Assembly (NCBI RefSeq): GCF_020745735.1
Contig: NC_083449.1
Location: forward strand, 13,131,868 to 13,195,867
Length of the DNA: 64,000 bases
Direction: 5' to 3'
Origin: Hemiscyllium ocellatum
Lineage: Eukaryota
The notes under the pieces are model-generated. The model made no database searches, was not told the DNA's origin, and was given only the letters and a program-made list of their open reading frames with translations. The position numbers were made by a program, and so were the translations under genes. Below, piece by piece: positions 48,401 through 59,624 of this stretch. Each line of letters opens with the position of its first letter. Within the stretch, counting starts at the first letter, position 1.

Positions 48401-50312
48401 ATGTTTGGAAAGTTCAAATCCCCTACCATAACCACCCTATTATTCTTACAGATAGCTGAGATCTCCTTACAAGTTTGTTTCTCAATTTCCCTCTGACTAT
48501 TGGTGGGTCCATAATACAATCCCAATAAGGTGATCATCCCTTTCTTCTTTCTCAGTTCCACCCAAAAAACTTCCCTGGATGTATTTCTGGGAATATCCTC
48601 CCTTAGCACAGCTGTAATGCTATCCCTTATCAAAAATGACACTCCCCCTCCTCTTTTGCCTCCCTTTCTATCCTTCCTGTAGCATTTGTATCCTGGAACA
48701 TTCAGCTGCCAGTCCTGCTCACCCCTGAGCCATGTTTCCGTGATTGCTATGATATCCCATGTTCCTAACCATGCCCTGAGTTCATCTGCATTCCCTGTTA
48801 GGCCCCTTGCATTGAAATAAATGCAGTTTAATTATTAGTCCTACCTTGTCCCTGCCTGTTCGACTCACGTCTGTTCTCAGCTGTACCCATCTCAGATTGA
48901 TCTCTTTCCTCACTATCTCCCTGGGTCCCATCCCCCACCCACCACCACCACCTGACTAGTTTAAATCCTCCCAAGCAGTTCGAGCATATTTCCCTGCCAG
49001 TATAATAGTCCCCTTCCAATTGAGGTGCAATCCGTCCTTCTTGTACAGGTCACGTCTACCCCAAAAGAGATTACAATGATCCAAAAATGTGAATCCTTCT
49101 CCCATGCACCAGCTTCTCAGCCATGCACTCATCTGCTCTATCCTCCTTTTCCTGCCCTCACTAGCTCGTAGCACTGGGAGTAATCCAGATATTACTACCC
49201 TGAAGGACCTAATTTTTAATATTATACCTAACTCTCTGTAATCTCCCTTCAGAGTCTCAACTTTTTCCCTTCCAATGTTGTTGGTTCCAATGTGGACAAT
49301 GGCCCCTCTCCCCCGTGAGAACATTCTGCACCCTCTCTGAGACATCCTTGATCCTGGCACCAGGGAGGCAACATACCATTCTGCTTTTTCTCTGCTGGCC
49401 ACAGAAACATCTGAGTGTACCTTGGACTACAGAATCCCCTAACACAATTGATCTCTTGGAAGCCCACGTAACCCTCGTTGCATTAGAGCCAGTCTCAATA
49501 CCAGAAACTTGGCTGTTTGTGCTACGTTCCCCTGAGAATCCATCACCCCCTACATTTTCCAAAACAGCATACCTGTTTGAAATGGGTATATCCACAAAAG
49601 ACTTCTGCTCTAGCTGCCTACCTCTCTTACCCTTCCTGGAGTTAACCCATCTATGTGACTGTATCTGAGACTTCTTCCCCCCTTCCTATAACTGCCATCC
49701 ATCACATACTGTAGCTGTTGCAAATTCCTCATGGCTTCTATTTGTCTCTCCAACCGATCCACTCGATCTGATAAGATTCGCAGCCAACAGCATTTATGGC
49801 AGATATAATCTGCACAAACCCTTAAACTCTCTTTAAACTCCCAAATCTGACAAGAAGTACATATCACTGCAAAGGCTATTTTTGCTCCTTCACAATCTAC
49901 AGACCCAGAAAATAACACCGTCTTATTCCCCTACGAACACTGCCCCCAGGTTAAATTAATAGCTATGGCTTATATTTTAAGTTTAATCAAGAGACTTATC
50001 TCCAAAAACACATAATCACGAAAGAACCCACTGTACCCACGACTGCAGCCTTTCTATTGGACAGACTTCAAACAACAATTAACTTATCTGATTCTGTGCT
50101 GTGAACTTCATCCAACAGTTCCTCCAAGATTAGTTGTGAATGTCACTGTTTGTTAGTGTTCCCAGATGCACTCCAATGTCCAGCGATACACGAATTCAAA
50201 CAGCAAAGGCAGGTAACTGTGCAGGGTTTTTCTCTCTCTCTCTCCTCACCATGTGCTTCCTTTGTCTGCCCTTCTCCCTTTAAAACTGCTGTTGTTTTGA
50301 CTTTTTTTTCCA
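44963..50312 (+). repeat. Direct segmental duplication, copy B
   Basis: Colinear with 1-4925; paired ORFs such as 202..549/45164..45526 and 4587..4871/49610..49918. Confidence 0.93.
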
Positions 50313-50447
50313 AAGTTCCAAAACAATGCAACATATAAAACAGGAATTGCTGCTCCTGGAATTCGAGGAAATCACCTCCAACACCTAAAATACCTCAAAA
50401 AAGGAGCAGCTCTTACAGCCAGAAATTTTTCCCGTCCTCCATCTTGG
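45967..50447 (-). mobile_element. CR1-clade LINE, essentially full-length with 5' UTR, frameshifted
   Basis: Same element as 1003-4925. Includes IVLGDSVVQG, YKKDGLHLNWKG, a 298-aa ORF2 segment (47190-48086) and a probable 5' end CCAAGATGG at ~50447. Confidence 0.95.
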
Positions 50448-50459
50448 GATCTCAAGGGA

Positions 50460-51128
50460 TCCTTGCATATCCGTCACAAATTCACCTGCACCTCCCCACA
50501 CATCATCTATTGCATCCGCTGCACCCGATGTGGCCTTCTCTATATTGAGGAGACAGGCCGCCTACTTGCGGAACGTTTCAGAGAACACCTCTGGGACACC
50601 CGGACCAACCAACCCAACCACCCCGTGGCTCAACACTTCAACTCCCCCTCCCACTCCACCAAGGACATGCAGGTCGTTGGACTCCTCCATCGCCAGACCA
50701 TAGCAACACGACGGGTAGAGGAGGAGCACCTCATCTTCTGCCTAGGAACCCTCCAACCACAAGGGATGAACTCAGATTTCTCCAGTTTCCTCATTTCCCC
50801 TCCCCCCACCTTGTCTCAGTCAAATCCCTCGAACTCAGCACCGCCCTCCTAACCTGCAATCTTCTTCCTGACCTCTCCGCCCCCACCCCACTCCAACCTA
50901 TCACCCTCACCTTGACCTCCTTCCACCTATCGCATTTCCAACGCCACTCCCCCAAGTCCCTCCACCCTACCTTTTATCTTAGCCAGCTTGGCGCACACTC
51001 CTCATTCCTGAAGGGCTCATGCCTGAAACGTCGATTTTCCTGCTCTTTGGATGCTGCCTGACCTGCTGCACTTTTCCAGCAACACATTTTCAGCTCTGAT
51101 CTCCAGCATTTGCAGTTTTCACTTTCTC
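50460..51128 (+). mobile_element. Penelope-like element family B, 3' fragment (GIY-YIG endonuclease)
   Basis: HKFTCTSPHIIYCIRCTRCGLLYIEETGRLLAERFREH..PVAQHFNSPSH; 3' end has a hammerhead with a core deletion at ~51008-51032. Confidence 0.92.
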
Positions 51129-53040
51129 CTCCTACATCGATCACCCCTCAATTTTAAGCTATGTTCCATCCTGCTAGACATCACCATCCAAGGAAAAAAG
51201 GCTCTCACTGTCCACGTTCTCTAATCCGCTGATCATCTTGTATGATTCTATAAAGTCATCTCTTAAGCTTCTTCTCTCTAACGAATACAGCCTCAGGTCC
51301 CTCAGCCTAAGACAAAAGTGAGGACAGCAGATGCTGGAGATCAGAGTCAAGATTAGAGTGGTGCTGGAAAAGCACAGCAGGTCAGGCAGCATCCGAGGAG
51401 CAGGAAAATCGACGTTCTGGGCAAAAGCCCTTCATCAGGAATGAGGCTGGGAGCCTCCGGGATGGAGAGATAAATGGGAGGGGGTGGGGCTGGGGAGAAG
51501 ATAGCTAAAAGGGTAATTGGTGAATTGAGGTGGGGACGAAGGTGACTGGTCGGAGAGGAGGGTGGAGCGGATACATGGGAAAGAAGATTGGCAGGAAACA
51601 CAGGTCATGTGGATGGTGCTGAGCTGGCAGGTTGGAACTGGCGTGAGGTGGGGGGGGAGGGGAAATGAGGAAAGTGGTGAAGTCCACATTGATGCCCTGC
51701 GGTTGAAGTGTTCCAAGGCGGAAGATGAGGCGTTCTTCCTCCAGGCATCATGGGGTGAGGGAGTGGTGGTGGAGGGGGCCAAGGACCTGCATGTCCTCGG
51801 CAGAGTGTGAGGGGGAGTTGAAATGTCTGGCCACGGGGCAGTGGGGTTGATTGGTGTGGGTGTCCCAGAGATGTTCCCTAATGCGATCTGCGACAAGGCA
51901 TCCAATCTCCCCAATGTAAAGGAGACCGTTTCGGGAGTGCATCCATCTACAAATGGACCCCATCACCAGGGATACATTCCCTCCCCATTCCGATCCACAT
52001 TGACAAAGACTGTTCCCTCCATGGCTACCTGGTCAGTTCCACACTCCCCCAACAACCCACCGTCCCCTCCTGGCACTGCAGGAATTGCAAAACCTATGCC
52101 CACACCTCCCCCCTCACCTCCATCCAAAGCCCCAAAGGAGCCTTCCACATCCATCAAAGATTCACCTGCACATCCACCAATGTCATTTATTGTATTTCTT
52201 GCTCCCGATGTGGTCTCCTTTACATTGGGGAGACTGGATTCCTTCTCACAGAGAGCTTTAGGGAACTTCTCCAGGCCACCTGCACCAATCTACCCCACCG
52301 CCCCGTGACTGAACATTTCCACTCCCCTCACATTCTGCTGAGTACATGCAGATCCTAGGCATCCTCCACCGCCATTCCCTCACCACCCGACGCCTGGAGC
52401 AAGTACACCTCATCTTCCGCCTCAGAACACTCCAAACCCAGGGCATCAATGTGGGCTTCACCAGTTTCCTCATTTCCCCTCCCCCCATCTTACCCCAGTT
52501 CCAACCTACCAGCTCAGAACTCTCCTCATGACCTGTCCTACCTGCCAATCCTCCTAACCACCTATCCACTCCACCCTCCTCTCTGACCTACCACCTTCAT
52601 CCCCACCTCCATCCACCTATTGCACTCTAAGTGACCTTCTTCTCAGTCCCACCCTCCTCCCATTTATCTCTCCATACTGGAGGCTTCCTGCCTCATTCCT
52701 GATGAATGGCCTTTGCCTGAAATGTCAATTTTCCTGCTCCTCAGATGCTGCCTGACCTACTGTGCTTATCCAGCACCACTCCAATCTTTCCTCCATACCA
52801 GGCAATGTCTTGGTAAATCTCTTCCACACCTTTGCAATGTTTCCACGTCCCTCCTATAATACACCATATGCGGCCGCACCAGAGTTTTGTATAGCTGCAA
52901 CATGACCCCATGGCTCCAAAATTGAATCCCTTGACCAATAAAAGCTACCACACCGTACCGTTCTTACTTGTACTGACCTGGGTGGCCAAAGTTAAAGATC
53001 ACACAACACCACGTTATAGTCCAACAGGCTTAATTGGAAA

Positions 53041-53075
53041 CACTAGCTTTCGGAGCGCCGCTCCTTCATCAGGTG
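53041..53075 (-). ncRNA. Minimal hammerhead ribozyme, mirror copy
   Basis: Exact reverse complement of 28479-28513. Confidence 0.85.
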
Positions 53076-54869
53076 GTTGTGGAGGACACAATTATAAGAC
53101 ACAGAATTTATAGCAAATGTTTACAGTGTGATGTAATGAAATTATACATTGAAAAATATCTTGATTGTTTGTTGAGTCTTTCATGTGTTCAAATACCATG
53201 ATAGTTTCACTTCTTTCATGTGTAAATCACAAAACTGTTTTTTCAAAGTTACATTCTCAGATTAACTGTAACAATTGGTGTTAGCCAGACAATAGGTTGA
53301 AGGTGTTAGCCCCCTGTGTTCTCTGTCTGTGCTATAATGTTTAGACTGATTCTAATCTAAAAAGCGAGATAACAGAGTTTTACATGAATTCTTGCAGTTC
53401 AATTTCACCCACAAATGTATATGTACATGTGTGCATGTGGGTCTTTGTGTGTGTGTTTTTCTGTCTGTCTGGGGTTGGGATTGTGAGTGTGAGAGAGAGT
53501 GTACATGTGAATGTAGAGTGTCTAAGTCTGTGAGGGGGTGCATGTGTGAGTGTGGGAGTGTGTGTATCTGTAGGAGTGTGTTTGTTTGTCTGGGGTTTGG
53601 GGTTGTGAGCATCTGTGTGAGACAGAGTATATGTGTGTGCACGAGCGTAGAGTTGGTCTAAGTCTGTGAGAGGATGCATGTGAGTGCATGTGTCTGTAAG
53701 GGTGTGTGTGAGTGTCTGTGTATATGTGTGTCCGTGTTTGTTTAGGTGTGCCTGTGAATACGTGAGTCTGTGTGTATTTAGGAGTGCCTGTGTGTGTGTG
53801 TGTGTGTGTATATATATAGTGCAATCGTGGTCATCTGTAGTGTGACATGAACACAAGGTCCCGGTTGAGGCCCTCCCCATGGGTATGGAACATAGCTATC
53901 AGCCTCTATTTTGCCACTTTTTGCTGCTGCCTGTCCCAAAATCCGACTTGGAGTATGGTCACCCAAAGGTCTGAGGTCGAATGTCTTGGAACACTGAAGT
54001 ATTCCCCAACTTGGAGGGAACACGCCTGTCTGTTGATTTTTGTGAGGTGCCCATTCATCCATTGCCGGAGCCTTTGCGCAGTTTCCCCAATGTACTATGC
54101 CTCAGGGCATCCTTGCCTGCAACATATAAGATAGACAACGTTGGCTGAGTCACATGAGTACCTGTCATGTACATGGTGGGAGGTGTCCCCAAGTGTAAGG
54201 GTGGTATCCATGTCCACACTCTGACACGCCTTGCAGTGCCTACCGTGACACGGTTGTATGGAGGTGTCCTGAAAGCCGGGCAGCTTGCTACCAACAATGA
54301 TCTGTTTGAGGTTTGGCGGTTGTTTAAAAGCAAGCAATGGAGGTGTGGGGACTGTCTTGGAGAGGTGCTCGTCCTCATTGACAATGTGTTGCAGGTCACG
54401 AAGAACATGGCGTAGTTTTTCAGCTCCTGGGAAGTACTGGGTGGCAACTTTCAGGGCTCTGTGCAAAAGGACACTGAGATCTCTCTGCTCTTCCACGCTG
54501 CCAAGAATCTTACCATTATCCCATTATTCTGCAACCTGGTGGTGGGTGAGTTTGAATTTGGTTCCTGTCCATATGTGCGCATGCGTGAGGCCCTGCCCCC
54601 GCGCGGCCATTGAGGAGCATTGACTCAGTGAGTGGAAGCGGTTTGTGTGAAACAGACCGCAATGGAGAGCTCCGAGCCCAGGGAAGGGAGGGAACAGCAG
54701 GGGCTCCTTCCAGCAGCACATCGGGATGGGAGCCTGGGACACAGAGGGGGCTCCCAGACCCGGATTGGTTCGGGAGGGGAGTTCACGGTGAACCGGGAGC
54801 TGTGTGTGAGATGCCGAGCGGAGCAGGAACTGGTCCCGGAACTTGGAGTGAGCGGGCTGGGGGGGAAGG

Positions 54870-55019
54870 NNNNNNNNNNNNNNNNNNNNNNNNNNNNNNN
54901 NNNNNNNNNNNNNNNNNNNNNNNNNNNNNNNNNNNNNNNNNNNNNNNNNNNNNNNNNNNNNNNNNNNNNNNNNNNNNNNNNNNNNNNNNNNNNNNNNNNN
55001 NNNNNNNNNNNNNNNNNNN
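54870..55019. other. Assembly gap (150 N)
   Basis: Run of N. Confidence 1.
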
Positions 55020-55336
55020 TCTTGTGGCTTGCAATCCCCTGAACACTGATGGCCATTCATTGTTTGGCTTCTGTTTCAGGCTGTCTGTTAATATTGGGCT
55101 GTGAATAGTAGAAAGCAAATCGACTTTGACTGTGACAATCCTCTAAGTGATAAATGTAGCAGTCACCAGATCAAAAGTCTCAGGTACAGCATTTGAAATA
55201 ACTCACAGCAATAACAGAACCAAACCATGCTTTGTTCACAATGTGATCTTTCTTTAAAAAAATCATAATTAATATTACTTGAATTTAGCATTGATCAGTT
55301 TGAATTAAATGTAACATATCTTCTGTTTCCCTCCAG

Positions 55337-55418
55337 AAACATACTCGCTGGACCAAGACAATCTAATATATACTCAGTACAAAGCCAAGTGTGACCAACT
55401 GCTTCTCCCAGACACCAG
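55337..55418 (+). other. Putative 82-nt internal exon of an unidentified gene (open; identical to 26072-26153 minus)
   Basis: TTCTGTTTCCCTCCAG| ... CCAG|GTATGT; frame reads TYSLDQDNLIYTQYKAKCDQLLLPDT. Confidence 0.7.
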
Positions 55419-55993
55419 GTATGTTACTGCTGTCAGGGCAGAGAACATCCTTTCCACAGACACAGAGTGGATTGAACCAGACACACATTGAGCTCAATTT
55501 CCAGAGGGATACATTCAATCCAAGAGTCAAACACATCTGTTGAAATACATTTTCTTCTCTCCTCTCAATGCACACTATAGCCAATTCCAATAGTTTTTAC
55601 CATTTAAAACCCATGATTCACCGCATCTGAATATGTATAGACTGCAACCAGATTGCAAACTCTGCAATCAGAAACCACATTGAATCCAAATTGGTATAAA
55701 GGTTTATTAGTTTAGTTTAGGTCATTGTTACACAGTTACAATAACTATGTATGAAGTAGAGATTGAGTGCAAACATAAAGGGAAACTTTGACATTATCAG
55801 TAACTGATGAGGCCAAATTAATCTTTTGATCAATAGTTGTCCCATACAAAGACATTACAATGGTATAATGTACATTCCAAATGTTCTTTCCTGACATGGA
55901 CAGAAGGCTTACTGCATGTACACACACACTACTAACACCCCACCACTTCCGCACACAAACATAAAATCCTGAATGATTTACAATGAGTCGCAA

Positions 55994-55995
<2 letters not shown>

Positions 55996-56060
<65 letters not shown>
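55996..56060 (+). repeat. (AC)n microsatellite, longer paralog of 25446-25484
   Basis: Pure dinucleotide run at the mirrored position. Confidence 0.97.
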
Positions 56061-56062
<2 letters not shown>

Positions 56063-59000
56063 TACCAAACAGGGATGAAGATCCATATACATTCAAACTG
56101 ATTTCTACTCTCAGATCTCGAGGCAAGAGATCTCCAACACAGAACAAAGCCCTTCAAATGATTAAGTCTGCACCGAACAATAACAATCCACAACAACATA
56201 ACAATTGACCAAGCTAACAACCCTTTCAATCAGCATTCCATTTCCATAAATATATCATGACAGCAGACAATCTGCCAGCCCCGTCTTTCTTACAGTGTCA
56301 TTCTTTATTGCTTCACCTTGCACGTGTCATTTTTCTTTTCGTTTTCCATTCCAGCGAAATCTTTTTCGTTATGCTTTTGTACATCATTTAAAGGCTGTTT
56401 TATTTTTCTACACGGAGATCTCCAAGCCTGACATTCCTGTTGACCCTCCCTAGGATACATTACTAAAAAACAAGGAATCTGGGTACAGATTTCTCAATGA
56501 ATCAATGGAATCAGATAGTCACCATTCATAGCAGAGCAGCAAGAACCCAAATAACCATAATGGGTAGGTGTGTCAAGCTTCTCAATGTTTTTCTGTGAAG
56601 GTTTGGACAGTGTTGATTGATTAATAAACTGAATTTGACCATTTAAATATTCTGCATTGCATGACAGAAAGTAAAATTCCTTTTGCTTTCCTCCTCATGA
56701 CCATAGAACAACACAACAGTATTGCTCATGGTTTGCACTATCACACTACAGAGGTGAAGTACTATCCTGCCTGCATCAGCAAATACAATGGAATTGATGA
56801 ATTTTCATTCCTGTATAAGGAATATTGTGGTCAGTCAGATGCAAGCAGTGGATTTGTTCACTTCATTGCAAATGGATTCAGTTAATACTGATCATCAATT
56901 CAGCAGTATTCAGAAAAGTAGGTCACTGTGCAATAACTGATAGCATCGTGAAGACCAGCAATTGTTGTTAGTATTCCCAGTTAGACTTTGTACAATAGGA
57001 GACACAAAGGCCCATTACTTTTCTCTCCTTGATTACGATGAACAACACAGACTCTTGTCTGTTGTGATGTGTTGCATGTTCACATATCCATGAATCCTGT
57101 AGGCACTACAACTAAAGAACATAGGCTGTTTCCCATTCACTAAAGAATACGTGCACTGAGAACTCTCTTCTCTCCCACTTTGGTAATTGGTTCCCCACTT
57201 TTCAGGAATCGTTTAAATTGCTCAGTAACATAATGCAGGAAGATTGAAATTGCATCAAACTTGAATCTATGTCCTTCTTATCTCACAATAACTGTTCCTT
57301 TCCAAACAATCTTTGCCTGTATAACCAGTTCATTTACACTGGAGACAGCAGCCCTAGTTTCCAACACTCAATTTTAGGTACAAGGTTCTTCATTAATCCA
57401 TGGAGCTTTTTTGTTCTGTTGAACGTCTGTCACATATGGAGTCATAGAGATGTACAGCACACAAACAGACCTTTCCTCCATGCTGATCTGATATCCTAAC
57501 CTAATCCAGTCCCATTTCCCAGCACTTGGCCCACATCCCTCTAAACCCTTCCTGTTCATATATACATCCAGATGCCTTTTAAATACTGCAATTGTACCAG
57601 CCTCCTCCACTTCCTCTGACATCTCATTCCATTTATGCACCAGGCTCTGCTTGAAAAAGTTGTTCCTTTAATATCTTTCCCCTGTCACCGGAAACTTATG
57701 CCCTCTACTTCTGGACTCGCCCACCCCAGGGAAAAGATTTTGTCCATTTATCCTATCCATGCCCCTCATGGTGTTATAAACCACTATCAGGTCAACCCTC
57801 AGTCTCCGACGCTCCAGGGGAAACAGTACCAGCTTATTCAGTATATCATTATTGTTCGAAACCTCCAACCCTGGAAACTTCTTTGTAAATCTTTTCTGAC
57901 ACTTTCAAGTTTCACAACATCCTTCTGATAGGAAGGAGACCAGAATTGCATGCAATATTCTTAAAGTGACCTAACCAATGTCCTGAACAGCCGCAACATG
58001 ACCTCCCAACTTCTATACTCAGTACTCTGCCCAATAAATGAAAGCAGACCGAATGCCGCCTTCACTCTGCTATCTTTCAGGAAATATGAACCTGCACTCC
58101 AAAGTTTCCTTGTTCAGGAACTCTCCTTAACACCTTTCCACGACGAGTATAAGTCCTCTCTGATTTGCTCTTCCAAAACACAGCACCTCACATTTATCTA
58201 AATTAAATGCTCTCTGCCACTCCTGGGCCCATTGGCCCATCTGGTCAAGATTCCATTGTACCCTGTGGTAACCTTCTTCGCTCTCCACTGCACCTCCAGT
58301 TTTGGTGTCATCTGCAAACCTACTAACCATACCGCCTATGTTCACACCCAAATCATTTATATACATGATGAAAAGTAGTGGACCCAGCACTGATCCTTGT
58401 GGCACCCCAGTAGTCAGAGGCCTCCAGTCTGAAAAGCAACCCGCCACCACCACCACCATCTGTCTTCCACCTTTGAGCCAGTTCTGTCTCCAAATAGCTA
58501 GTGCTCCCTATATTCCGTGATCTCTAATCTTACTAACCAGTCTCCCATGGGGAACCTTGTTGAATGCCACATGGATCACATCCACCTTTTTGCCCTCATC
58601 AGTCTTCTGTGTTATTTCTTCAAAAAGCTCAATTGAGTTTGAGAGACATGATTTCCCGTGCACAATGCCATGCTGACTATCCCTAATCAGCCATTGCCCT
58701 TCCAAATACGTGTAAATTCTGGCCCTCAGGATTCCTCACAAAACCTTGCCCACCATCGATGTTAGGCTCACTGGTTCACACTTCCCTAGCTTTTCCTCAC
58801 CACATTTCTTAAACAGTGGTATCGCATTATCCAACCTCCAGTCTTCTGACACCTCACCTGTGACTATCAATGATACACATATCTCAGCATTGAAGTAAAT
58901 GCAGTTTAATTTATCAGTCTTACTTGTTCTCTGCTCTGTCCCTGCCTGCCCTGACTGTTTGATTTGCTCCCGTTCCCAACTGTACCAGTCTCAGATTGAA

Positions 59001-59561
59001 CTCTTTCCTCATTATTTCCCTGGGTCCCAGCCCACCACCTTACTATTGTAAATCTTCGTGGGCAGCTCCAGCAAATCTCCCTGCCAGTATATTAGTTCCC
59101 TTCCAATTCTGGTGCAACCCATCCTTCTTATACAGGTCTCTTTTACCCCAGAAGAGATTCCAATGATGCAAAAATGTGAACCCTTCTCCCATGCACCAGC
59201 TCCTCAGCTACACATTCATCTGCTCTATCCTTCTATTTCTATCCTCACTAGCTCATACCAATGGGAGTAATCTAGATATCACTACGTTCGAGGACCTGCT
59301 TTTTGAATTCCTGCCTAACTTTCTATATTCTCCCTTCAGAATCTCATCCTTTTCCCTTCCTGTGTCATTGGTTCCAATGTGTACAATGACCTACTGTTGG
59401 TCCCTCTGTCCTTTGCGAACATTCTGCACCCTCTCTGAGACATCCTTGATCCTGACACCAGGGATAAAAAATGAGGTCTGCAGATGCTGGAGATCACAGT
59501 TGAAAATGTGTTGCTGGTTAAAGCACAGCAGGTTAGGCATCATCCAAGGAATAGGAAATTT

Positions 59562-59589
59562 GACGTTTCGGGCATAAGCCCTTCATCAG
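59562..59589 (-). ncRNA. Minimal hammerhead ribozyme core on the opposite strand
   Basis: Minus strand reads CTGATGAAGGGCTTATGCCCGAAACGTC. Confidence 0.85.
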
Positions 59590-59596
59590 CCCTTTC

Positions 59597-59624
59597 CTGA
59601 TGAAGGGCTTATGCCCGAAACGTC
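59597..59624 (+). ncRNA. Minimal hammerhead ribozyme core (PLE family B)
   Basis: CTGATGA-A-GGGC-TTAT-GCCC-GAAA-CG-TC, with palindromic ACGT stem III. Confidence 0.85.

Noticed and set aside
54662-54847. ATG-initiated first coding exon MESSEPREG...ELVPELG of the unknown unit
   Set aside because: It ends in phase 0, which meets a stop in the candidate micro-exon and does not fit the phase-1 82-nt exon. The 37.1-kb paralog lacks this segment.
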